DNA of 64,000 nucleotides, taken from the NCBI GenBank assembly GCA_902605365.1, contig CACLCM010000001.1, positions 6,762 through 70,761 on the forward strand, given 5' to 3'. This stretch comes from an uncultured Candidatus Poseidoniales archaeon. GTDB lineage: Archaea; Thermoplasmatota; Poseidoniia; Poseidoniales; Poseidoniaceae. How positions within the stretch are numbered: position 1 is the first letter of the stretch; the number at the start of each line of letters is the position of its first letter. Below the pieces are notes generated by a model, which saw nothing but the letters and a program-made list of their open reading frames with translations, did not search any database and was not told the DNA's origin. The translations under genes were made by a program, and so were the position numbers. Shown piece after piece: positions 9,446-17,882 of the stretch.

Positions 9446-10585
9446 ATGGCAGAAATGTGGATTACAATGGGGCCTCAGCATCCTATGACTCACGGTCTTT
9501 GGACTCTGAGAGTCAAGATTGATGGAGAAACAGTCACCGATACCGAAGCAGAATTGGGATACATCCATCGCGGTGTCGAGAAAATTTGTGAAGCAAGAGA
9601 TTTCACTCAAATCACTCCTTACTGTGACCGCCTTTGCTATGTTAGCGCAATGACTTGGGCTCATTCTTACGTAATGGCTGCAGAAGATCTTTTGGAAGCC
9701 GAAGTTCCAGAAAGAGCAGAATATATTCGCTTGATGGCTGCAGAAGTCCAAAGACTTGCAAGCCACTTGATGTGGCTTGGAGCGTTTGGTCCTGACATCG
9801 GAAATCTAACGCTAATGACATGGTGTCTGAGGGACCGTGAAATGTTCCTTGACCTTTTACAAGAATTAGGTGGTTCTCGAATGCACTACAATTACCCGCG
9901 TATTGGTGGAGTAAAGAGAGACCTTCCAATCGGATGGGCTAACAGATTGAAAGCCAAAGTAAAGCTCTTTGAAAACCGAATTAACGAGTACGAGATGCTA
10001 TTGGACGAATCTACAATTTGGTTGGTCAGACTCCAAGGAGTTGGATATGCTACTGCGGAAGACCAGCTCGACGCTGGAGTAACAGGGCCTAATATTCGTG
10101 CTGCAGGAGTAAATACAGATACACGATGGACCAATCCATATTCTGTTTATGACCAAGTCGATTGGGAGCCAGCAGTCGAGAAACCTACTAGCGTAAAAGG
10201 AGCGGATTGCTATGACAGGTATCGTGTCCGTATGGAAGAGATGCGACAATCTTGCCGCATGCTTTTAGATGCTATTGAAAAGATTCCTGGTGGAGCAAAT
10301 ACCCACTATCAGCCTGGAGATGAAATGATTCTAACCAAGGCGCCTACCCGTGCACCAGAAGGCGCCACTGGTTTCAGCACCTACGAATGTACCCGCGGTG
10401 TTTCTAACTTCTACATCCAAGGTGGTGGCGATAGCCGTGGTAAGAATCCGTATAGATTGTCTATACGTTCTCCGATATTCATTACAATTCCATATGTTGC
10501 CAAGACTATGATTGGTTACAAAGTTGCAGACATACCTGCGATCATGGGTAGTTTCGACCCATGTATAGGGGAAAGTGACCGTTGA
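9446..10585 (+). CDS. nuoD: Complex I subunit D (49 kDa subunit)
   Basis: GPQHP...HG motif at N-terminus, RGVEKICE motif, typical length. Confidence 0.9.
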   Translation: MAEMWITMGPQHPMTHGLWTLRVKIDGETVTDTEAELGYIHRGVEKICEARDFTQITPYCDRLCYVSAMTWAHSYVMAAEDLLEAEVPERAEYIRLMAAEVQRLASHLMWLGAFGPDIGNLTLMTWCLRDREMFLDLLQELGGSRMHYNYPRIGGVKRDLPIGWANRLKAKVKLFENRINEYEMLLDESTIWLVRLQGVGYATAEDQLDAGVTGPNIRAAGVNTDTRWTNPYSVYDQVDWEPAVEKPTSVKGADCYDRYRVRMEEMRQSCRMLLDAIEKIPGGANTHYQPGDEMILTKAPTRAPEGATGFSTYECTRGVSNFYIQGGGDSRGKNPYRLSIRSPIFITIPYVAKTMIGYKVADIPAIMGSFDPCIGESDR

Positions 10586-12110
10586 GGTGATTATCATGGA
10601 TGATTGGTTAGGGCTTCACGATTTCATTTACTACCGCACTCGCGAAGGGGCGAATTTCCTGTTGGAAGATACGTTCCTTGAATCTTCAGCTAACGATATC
10701 GCATTCCTCGTTTACACGCTTTCGACATGTCTAACTGTATTTGGCGGAATCATGTTATCGATGTTCATGATTCTGTGGATTGAAAGAAAATTCTACGCTC
10801 GTGTAAATGACCGTCGTGGTGCTACAACAGCACTTCGCTCCCTATGGGTTGGAGAGAATGGAGTAACTGCAGGCGAATGGTGGAACATGATTCCTTACGG
10901 TTTAGGAAAACCGATTGGCGCAATCAATGGTTGGCTAAACAAAGTAGCCGGTAACTCAGGACACAAGCACGAAATGGTCAATCGTGTAGGCAACCGCTCT
11001 TGGTACGGTGTTACCATTTTCCCAGGTTTCTTCCAGAATGTTGCGGACGGAATGAAATTCCTTACCAAGGAACACATGGTTCCTTCTAGAGCCGATAAAA
11101 TCATCTTTGAATTAGCACCATTCCTGGTTATATCCTCTACAATTATGATTCTGGGAATGATTCCACTATCAAGTGGTATATACGGAGCGAATCCAGAACT
11201 TTCAGTATTATTCGCATTCGCAATATTCGGAATCGCACCTCTAGGTGTCTTCTTTGCAGGATGGTCTTCGAACAACAAGTACACTCTACTTGGAGGTATC
11301 AGAAGCGCTGCACAGTTAACCGCATATGAAATTCCATTACTACTTTCTATCCTAGGTGTCTGTATCATGGCAGGTTCATTCAACTTCCTAGAGATTGTTC
11401 ATTTCCAGCACTCTTCAGGAACCTGGTTGTTCTTCCTAATGCCACTTGGTGGAGTACTATTTTTGGTTAGTATGATCGCCGAAGTTGAAAGGATTCCATT
11501 CGATATGCCAGAAGCTGAAGCAGAATTGGTTGAAGGCTGGTGGACTGAATATGGTGGAATGAGATTCGGTCTCTTATTCGCAGCAGAATACATGCGTGTT
11601 TACGCAGCAAGTATCTTGTTTGCTCACTTCTTCTTAGGAGGATGGCACGCACCGTTTGCAGGAACAATTGGCTCGATACCTTACCTTGGGGATGCATGGC
11701 TAGCGATTCCAGGTGTGATTTGGACTCTGCTAAAGGCTTGGTTTATTTTCACAGTAGTATTCGTTTGGGCTAGAACTGCTCTGCCAAGAATCAGGACCGA
11801 CCAGATTCTAGAGTTCGGTTGGAGAATGTTACTGCCGTTAGCAGTTCTTCAAGTCGTACTTTCACTCGTATACCGTTTGTATTTCTTTGATGCCAGCGCA
11901 ATGTCTGATACAATTGCTGGCGGATGGACTTGGGACCTTACAGTCCTAGGATACAATATTCCTTGGGGATTACCTATCTTGACAACATTGTTCTGGATTG
12001 GTGTATTCACTGTACTAATGAAAGACGAGAATATCGAAGAGAATGAAGAGCGTATGTATCACATTCGAACGATGACTCCTGCGGGAACGCACATCGCAGG
12101 ACAGGAGTGA
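10575..12110 (+). CDS. nuoH: Complex I subunit H (NuoH/ND1), unusually long at 511 aa, with an N-terminal extension, a first-loop insertion and a C-terminal extra TM region
   Basis: WIERKF...RRG and VADGMKFLTKE match the NuoH N-terminal signatures but are separated by about 60 extra residues. EVERIPFDMPEAEAELVEG conserved loop. Extra C-terminal 90 aa. Confidence 0.85.
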   Translation: MTVEVIIMDDWLGLHDFIYYRTREGANFLLEDTFLESSANDIAFLVYTLSTCLTVFGGIMLSMFMILWIERKFYARVNDRRGATTALRSLWVGENGVTAGEWWNMIPYGLGKPIGAINGWLNKVAGNSGHKHEMVNRVGNRSWYGVTIFPGFFQNVADGMKFLTKEHMVPSRADKIIFELAPFLVISSTIMILGMIPLSSGIYGANPELSVLFAFAIFGIAPLGVFFAGWSSNNKYTLLGGIRSAAQLTAYEIPLLLSILGVCIMAGSFNFLEIVHFQHSSGTWLFFLMPLGGVLFLVSMIAEVERIPFDMPEAEAELVEGWWTEYGGMRFGLLFAAEYMRVYAASILFAHFFLGGWHAPFAGTIGSIPYLGDAWLAIPGVIWTLLKAWFIFTVVFVWARTALPRIRTDQILEFGWRMLLPLAVLQVVLSLVYRLYFFDASAMSDTIAGGWTWDLTVLGYNIPWGLPILTTLFWIGVFTVLMKDENIEENEERMYHIRTMTPAGTHIAGQE

Positions 12111-12119
12111 GGTGAGAAT

Positions 12120-13085
12120 ATGGCATCACATCCACATGGCAAGCCCAACTTTAGAAACCTATTTTGGTACCCGTTTAAGATAACAGGATTGACCGTTCTT
12201 AGAACCTATGAGTTCATCGGTCGTAGATTCTCAAGTGGCTATCACAATACAACTCATCCAGAGTTTTTGGATGACGGAGCTATCGCTCGCGCAGAGAAAA
12301 CAAAACATCTCAATGACATTACTGCACACCACTATACTCCGGACCGAGCAGGTACCGACCTGACACCTACCATTTGGAAACCCCAAACTGTAAGTTATCC
12401 TTATGAGAGAATTGAAGAGATTGAACCTTGGCTATTCGTTCCAGGAAATTACAATGGAAGAATAGGTGTCATCTGGGAAACATGTACTGCCTGTAAGATG
12501 TGTGTCAACGTATGTCCAAACTCTTGTTTGCACATGACCACAGAATTACGAGTCGACGTATTAGATAGTGCTGAAGGCGAATGGGAAGGATATGGCGCAG
12601 AACTTGAAGTCGGAAAGTTCGCTGCAATCGAAAAGCCAGAAGTATTTGCCTCTCTTGATACGTTCAATCAAGCTACTGCTCATGAAGATGCTCCACAAGA
12701 GTGGAGATTCGGTGAAGTTCTAGATCTAACCGGAGACAGTGCAAGAATGCGCTGGAATGACAGCGGTGAAGAAGACATTGTTTCATTGGAAACATTGTAT
12801 CCAGCCGATGACCAAATCGTTTCAGGTAGAATCGACTTAGGCCGCTGTATGTTCTGTGGCCTTTGCATGGAAGCATGTAACTTCACATCATTCTTCATGA
12901 CAAATGAGTACGATGGTATGTCTGGATTTAGCAGGCAAGAACTTTGGATGGACGCTAGTAGAACTAGAGTTCTAATCGGTGACCACCAAGAAGCAGTCGA
13001 TGCTGAATTAGCTAAGAGAGCTAGCAAAGAGCGTGACAAGAGAGCCAAGAAAGCGGCAAAGGCTGCTGCTGCAGGGGAGGCCTGA
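12120..13085 (+). CDS. nuoI: Complex I subunit I (2x[4Fe-4S] ferredoxin-type), expanded to 321 aa
   Basis: Two CxxCxxCxxxCP/N motifs (CTACKMCVNVCP and CMFCGLCMEACN) separated by about 110 aa instead of about 30. Lys/Ala-rich C-terminal tail. Confidence 0.8.
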   Translation: MASHPHGKPNFRNLFWYPFKITGLTVLRTYEFIGRRFSSGYHNTTHPEFLDDGAIARAEKTKHLNDITAHHYTPDRAGTDLTPTIWKPQTVSYPYERIEEIEPWLFVPGNYNGRIGVIWETCTACKMCVNVCPNSCLHMTTELRVDVLDSAEGEWEGYGAELEVGKFAAIEKPEVFASLDTFNQATAHEDAPQEWRFGEVLDLTGDSARMRWNDSGEEDIVSLETLYPADDQIVSGRIDLGRCMFCGLCMEACNFTSFFMTNEYDGMSGFSRQELWMDASRTRVLIGDHQEAVDAELAKRASKERDKRAKKAAKAAAAGEA

Positions 13086-13087
13086 TT

Positions 13088-13363
13088 ATGGATTTAGCAT
13101 CCTACTTGGAGATAGGCCTGTTCTTTCTGATGAGCACCATCGTCATAGGCGGTGCTCTGGGGCTAATCTACATGCAAAGAGTTGCACATTCAATGATGTG
13201 TTTGATTTTTTGTTTCATAGGAGTTGCTGGAGTTTTCATTTTAATGGGTGCTGAATTCTTAGCGGTAATTCAGATTCTAGTTTATCTTGCTAGCGTAATG
13301 TTGGTTGTTCTGTTTGGTATAATGCTGACCAGGCGTCAAATATTGGAGGAGGATTTCGAATGA
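13088..13363 (+). CDS. nuoJ: Complex I subunit J, N-terminal part (3 TM helices); split gene
   Basis: Hydrophobic NuoJ-like N-terminal half. Ends with TGA overlapping the ATG of the next ORF (ATGA). Confidence 0.6.
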   Translation: MDLASYLEIGLFFLMSTIVIGGALGLIYMQRVAHSMMCLIFCFIGVAGVFILMGAEFLAVIQILVYLASVMLVVLFGIMLTRRQILEEDFE

Positions 13364-13632
13364 GGCTCCTTTCTATCTTAGCCAGAGTTGGCCTTGTATT
13401 CTTGGGCGCAGTAATTATTTCTGCAGTTTCTGCAGATATCGTCTGGGAGGGTTCTTCTGATGAAGTACTCACCACAGGCGACTTAGCATCTGCATTGTTT
13501 GGAGATTGGGCATTGCCTCTAATGGCTCTTGGTTTCCTAATGGCAATGGCCATGGTTGGTGCAGCATACCTTGTTCGTGATGAACGCTTAATCAATCTAG
13601 AGTGGGAACTCAATGGAGGTGAAAAGCAATGA
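13360..13632 (+). CDS. nuoJ: Complex I subunit J, C-terminal part (2 TM helices); split gene
   Basis: Continues the NuoJ-like topology and sits between nuoI and nuoK. 4-nt overlap with the previous ORF suggests translational coupling. Confidence 0.6.
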   Translation: MRLLSILARVGLVFLGAVIISAVSADIVWEGSSDEVLTTGDLASALFGDWALPLMALGFLMAMAMVGAAYLVRDERLINLEWELNGGEKQ

Positions 13633-13931
13633 TCGACCCAGCATGGGTTTCAGGCTTAGCCGCCATTTTGTTCATCATCGGTCTTTGGGGCGCATTTAGT
13701 CGTAAGAATGCAATCGTCGTTTTGATGTGTATCGAATTGATGCTTAATGCAGTCAATCTACAATTTGTAGCTGCTGCTAGCCATTGGGGAGATGTAACTG
13801 GATGGGTTTACGCAGTTTTCGCAATCGCAATTGCAGCAGGAGAAGTCGCTATCGGACTAGCGATTTTCCTCTCAATGTATGGACAGCATGAGACGATATC
13901 TCTCGATGAGGTAAATCTTCTAAAGAACTGA
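13629..13931 (+). CDS. nuoK: Complex I subunit K
   Basis: 100-aa 3-TM protein with MCIELMLNAVNL motif. Confidence 0.85.
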   Translation: MIDPAWVSGLAAILFIIGLWGAFSRKNAIVVLMCIELMLNAVNLQFVAAASHWGDVTGWVYAVFAIAIAAGEVAIGLAIFLSMYGQHETISLDEVNLLKN

Positions 13932-13940
13932 GGTGATATC

Positions 13941-16166
13941 ATGAGTGAGTCTGGAATCATCGATTATGCGGTACTTATCCCCCTGCTACCTATGTTAGCA
14001 TTCCCAGTCATACTGTTCCTTGGTAAGATGTTCAACGGAACTCCTACCTGGGTTAAGAATGTCAAGGAAGGAGGAATAATCGCCCTTACAGTAATGGGAG
14101 CAAGTTTGCTTCTTGCCTTGTTAGTAATCAAAGAACACATGCACCATGTTGGTACTGCTAACATCTTCACATGGTTTGAATCATCTTGGTGGAACCCTGA
14201 AACAGGGGCTATTACAACCAAGGTATTCGGTGTAGGTGTCTACATAGACCATCTTACTGTTATGCTGTTATTCGTTGCAGCATTCCTTTGTTTCCTGATT
14301 AACATATTCTCGATTGGATACATGAATACTGATCCAATCAATGATAACAGAAACCATCGCTTCTATGCGGAATTCGTATTATTCTGTAGCGGAATGCTAG
14401 GTATGGTTCTTGCGGATTCATTCCTTTGGCTATTCATCTTCTGGGAATTGATGGGATTGTGTTCCTACTTGCTAATTGGTTTCTATTATGAGCGCCCAAG
14501 TGCAGCATATGCTGCAAAGAAAGCATTCCTAACCACCCGTGTTGGTGACGTATTCCTTGTGATAGGTCTCATAATGCTCTGGAACTTGTTCCAGCCTTAT
14601 GCGGGCACACAGGGCGCCTTGTCCTACGCTGTAGTCTTTGACCCTGCAAATATTGCAAAAGTTAACCCTGGCGACCTGCAGATTGCATTAGGAATGATGT
14701 TCATCGGTGCAGTTGGTAAATCTGCACAATTCCCATTGCACGTCTGGTTACCGGATGCTATGGAAGGACCAACTCCAGTATCCGCTCTTATTCACGCTGC
14801 AACAATGGTTAACGCAGGATTGTACCTAGTTGCAAGGATGTTCCCATTCTTCAGCGGAGCTGAATTGGGCGCACTGTCCACCCTTGCAATCGTAATCGCT
14901 TGTATCGGTGGAATAACCGCTGTTATGGCCGCACTGATCGCTTTCGTACAGATGGACCTGAAGAAAGTCCTTGCATACTCAACAATGAGTCAGTTAGCAT
15001 ACATCTTCACTGGTCTAGGTTCCGCTCTATGGTTTGCAAATAACGGGTATGAGGAATTGGCAGCATTCGCAATGGGTGCTTCTCTATTCCACCTATTCAA
15101 TCACGCAATGGCCAAAGGGATGCTGTTCATGGCCTCAGGCTCTGTAATTCACGAAATGCACCATGCGCACCATGAAGTAGCACACCATGGTCATGATGAC
15201 GACCATGGCGATGACCATGATGATCACCACGATGACCACTTTGACGCTCAATCTATGGAAAATATGGGCGGATTAGCAAGCAGGATGCCGATTACGGCTA
15301 CTGCTATGTTCTTCGGTAGCATGTCCATTATTGGAATTCCACTTATTGGTGGGTTCTGGTCCAAGGAAGGAATTATTTCCAGTGCTTGGCAAGTCGCTAG
15401 AAAGGAACCAGTATTCTTGTTACCAGCAATGCTTGTTCTAATTGGCGCAGGTATGACTGGATTCTATATGTCCAGAATGTGGTTCATGACATTCGCAGGT
15501 AAGCCAAAGACTGAAGTTGCTGAGAAAGTACACGAGCAAACCGCTTGGATTCCAATTCCTCTAGTCATTTTGACATTCATGACTCTGGGCGCATTCATCT
15601 TAGCTGGAATGCACGCTGGCCATTGGTTAGGAGATTTCAATAACGGCCATTACTCCAATTTCTTTGACGGTATTGGCTATGAATTGGAGCATGTATTCAT
15701 GAATCATGACATGTTCTTATTCATACTTACTTATGTTGCAATTGGCTTGTCTTTAATCCTAGGTCCATCTCTTGCAATGTCCCTTTATGGTGGAAGTCTG
15801 GATGATGGACAGAAGGCAAAACCTTGGATGCAGTGGGCGATTTCCTTGTCTGCTAAGGTCAACAGTAAATCCAATTTCGATAACAGCGCATGGGCAAACT
15901 CAAGCCTATCAGAATCCCTGCACAAGAGGCTCCACTTCGACGATATTTATGACGCTGCTATGCTAAAAATCGTAGTAGGATTTGCAAATTTATCCGCTAT
16001 CTTCGATTCAAAGGTAATAGATGGTGTAATCAAAACCATTGAATCTACTAGCCAAGAAGTATCTAGAAGAGTTCGTTCACTGACTACCGGAAGTGCTAGA
16101 GATTACATTATGATGGCTACTTTAGGAACACTGGTCATCTTCATGTTACTATGGGGGGTGGCTTGA
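13941..16166 (+). CDS. nuoL: Complex I subunit L (antiporter-like) with an inserted His/Asp-rich loop
   Basis: PLHVWLPDAMEGPTPVSALIHAATMVNAG signature. Insertion HEMHHAHHEVAHHGHDDDHGDDHDDHHDDHFD about two thirds into the protein. Confidence 0.9.
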   Translation: MSESGIIDYAVLIPLLPMLAFPVILFLGKMFNGTPTWVKNVKEGGIIALTVMGASLLLALLVIKEHMHHVGTANIFTWFESSWWNPETGAITTKVFGVGVYIDHLTVMLLFVAAFLCFLINIFSIGYMNTDPINDNRNHRFYAEFVLFCSGMLGMVLADSFLWLFIFWELMGLCSYLLIGFYYERPSAAYAAKKAFLTTRVGDVFLVIGLIMLWNLFQPYAGTQGALSYAVVFDPANIAKVNPGDLQIALGMMFIGAVGKSAQFPLHVWLPDAMEGPTPVSALIHAATMVNAGLYLVARMFPFFSGAELGALSTLAIVIACIGGITAVMAALIAFVQMDLKKVLAYSTMSQLAYIFTGLGSALWFANNGYEELAAFAMGASLFHLFNHAMAKGMLFMASGSVIHEMHHAHHEVAHHGHDDDHGDDHDDHHDDHFDAQSMENMGGLASRMPITATAMFFGSMSIIGIPLIGGFWSKEGIISSAWQVARKEPVFLLPAMLVLIGAGMTGFYMSRMWFMTFAGKPKTEVAEKVHEQTAWIPIPLVILTFMTLGAFILAGMHAGHWLGDFNNGHYSNFFDGIGYELEHVFMNHDMFLFILTYVAIGLSLILGPSLAMSLYGGSLDDGQKAKPWMQWAISLSAKVNSKSNFDNSAWANSSLSESLHKRLHFDDIYDAAMLKIVVGFANLSAIFDSKVIDGVIKTIESTSQEVSRRVRSLTTGSARDYIMMATLGTLVIFMLLWGVA

Positions 16167-17882
16167 TTGAGCGGTAGTCAAACCATGGATATCAAAAACA
16201 AGGAGTTCATGTTAGTCGGTGGCTTACTGGTTGTAGTCGCTGGCCTGATGGCTTTCTTCCCTTCACTTGGTGATTCTGATACCACTGTTGATTGGATCAG
16301 TATACCATTAGTTGGATTCCCAATAATAATCAGTGCAATTTTGCTGGCATTCGCTAGTCAAGAATCACGTTCACGCAAGGAGATTCTTGCAGCACCAATT
16401 CGCTTGTTTACACTATGTGCGTCTTTGATACCACTGGCGATTTCAACCGCTCTATTCTTCGATTGGCTAATCATGGTCGATTGGGATTTGATGTACAATG
16501 AATACGCTCTTCAAAAAGAGTATCTTTGGATTGAATCCATCGGTGTATCTTGGCACGTTGGAATGGATGGGCTATCTTTCCCAATGGTTTGGTTGACTAC
16601 ATTCCTTGTTCCTGTCACCATAATAATGACCTGGAATGAAAAAGATGGAGCAACATATCATCCGCTTCTATTGATGATGGGTGGAGCGTTAATCGGAGTA
16701 TTCGTAGCGCTTGATTTATTCTTGTTCTATGTATTCTGGGAATTGACATTGATTCCTATGTTCTTCTTAATTCTAAAGTGGGGCGGTAAAGACCGCCGCT
16801 ACGCAGCTCAGAAGTTCTTCATCTACACTTTCTGTGCATCTGTAATTATGCTACTAGGTCTGATTACACTCTATTTCCTACAACCTGAAGGAAACGGTTC
16901 ACAATATGGAACTGTTACCGGTCGAACCTTCGACATGACAGTATTGTTCTCAAACGCTTCAGCATACAATATGGGGGACAATGTATTCCTCGGTAAAGAC
17001 ATGCAATATGTTCTATTCGCAATGTTGATGATTGGTTTCTTGGTCAAATTACCAGCGGTTCCATTCCACACTTGGCTTCCAGATGCGCACGTTCAGGCAC
17101 CTACAGGGGGCTCTATGCTACTAGCAGGTGTCATGCTGAAGATGGGAGCATATGGAATGCTGAGAATTCCAATTGCAATTTTCCCCGACGCTCTAATATT
17201 CTATCAAGACATAATCATGGCTATTGGTTTAATCTCTCTAGTATGGGGTGCAGTAGTATGTCTTGGTCAAACGAACCTTAAGAGAATGGTAGCTTATTCT
17301 TCAGTATCCCACATGGGTGTAATTCTACTTGGAATCGCAAGTATGCAGCCTATTGGATATGCAGCAGCCCTCTTCATGATGTTCGCTCACGGAATAATTT
17401 CCCCAATGCTGTTCGCAGTATGTGGTGCATTCAAGCATCACTATCATTCGATGGAAATCGGCTCAATGCGCGGAATGGCTCGTTGGTCACCATTCCTTGC
17501 TGTGTACATGATGTTTGCATGGATGGCTAGCCTAGGTCTTCCTCTGCTTGCTGGCTTCGTTGCTGAATTGATGGTTCTAATCGCTTATTGGCCAGAATAT
17601 GGTTGGTGGATCCTTCTACCTGGATTTGTCCTAGCAATCACTGCAGCATACTACCTATGGTCTATGCAGAGAACTATCTTCGAAGGTGGAGATGAAGGAC
17701 AACCTCCTGAATCACTAAACGGTGAAACTCCTCCTGACATTACTCTATCAGAAAATATTGGAATGATTATCTTAGCAATATTCACTGTAATCTTTGGTAT
17801 CTTCCCATTCATTGCTTTGGGAATGATGGACGAATGGACTGTTGCCTTCTTCGAGGGAGTCTTCAAAAAGGGGGGGATTTGA
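16167..17882 (+). CDS. nuoM: Complex I subunit M (antiporter-like)
   Basis: PFHTWLPDAHVQAPTGGSMLLAGVMLKMGAYGMLR signature. Confidence 0.85.
   Translation: MSGSQTMDIKNKEFMLVGGLLVVVAGLMAFFPSLGDSDTTVDWISIPLVGFPIIISAILLAFASQESRSRKEILAAPIRLFTLCASLIPLAISTALFFDWLIMVDWDLMYNEYALQKEYLWIESIGVSWHVGMDGLSFPMVWLTTFLVPVTIIMTWNEKDGATYHPLLLMMGGALIGVFVALDLFLFYVFWELTLIPMFFLILKWGGKDRRYAAQKFFIYTFCASVIMLLGLITLYFLQPEGNGSQYGTVTGRTFDMTVLFSNASAYNMGDNVFLGKDMQYVLFAMLMIGFLVKLPAVPFHTWLPDAHVQAPTGGSMLLAGVMLKMGAYGMLRIPIAIFPDALIFYQDIIMAIGLISLVWGAVVCLGQTNLKRMVAYSSVSHMGVILLGIASMQPIGYAAALFMMFAHGIISPMLFAVCGAFKHHYHSMEIGSMRGMARWSPFLAVYMMFAWMASLGLPLLAGFVAELMVLIAYWPEYGWWILLPGFVLAITAAYYLWSMQRTIFEGGDEGQPPESLNGETPPDITLSENIGMIILAIFTVIFGIFPFIALGMMDEWTVAFFEGVFKKGGI

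Noticed and set aside
12449-13048. Minus-strand ORFs (72-122 aa) overlapping nuoI
   Set aside because: Antisense to a conserved Fe-S subunit gene inside an operon.
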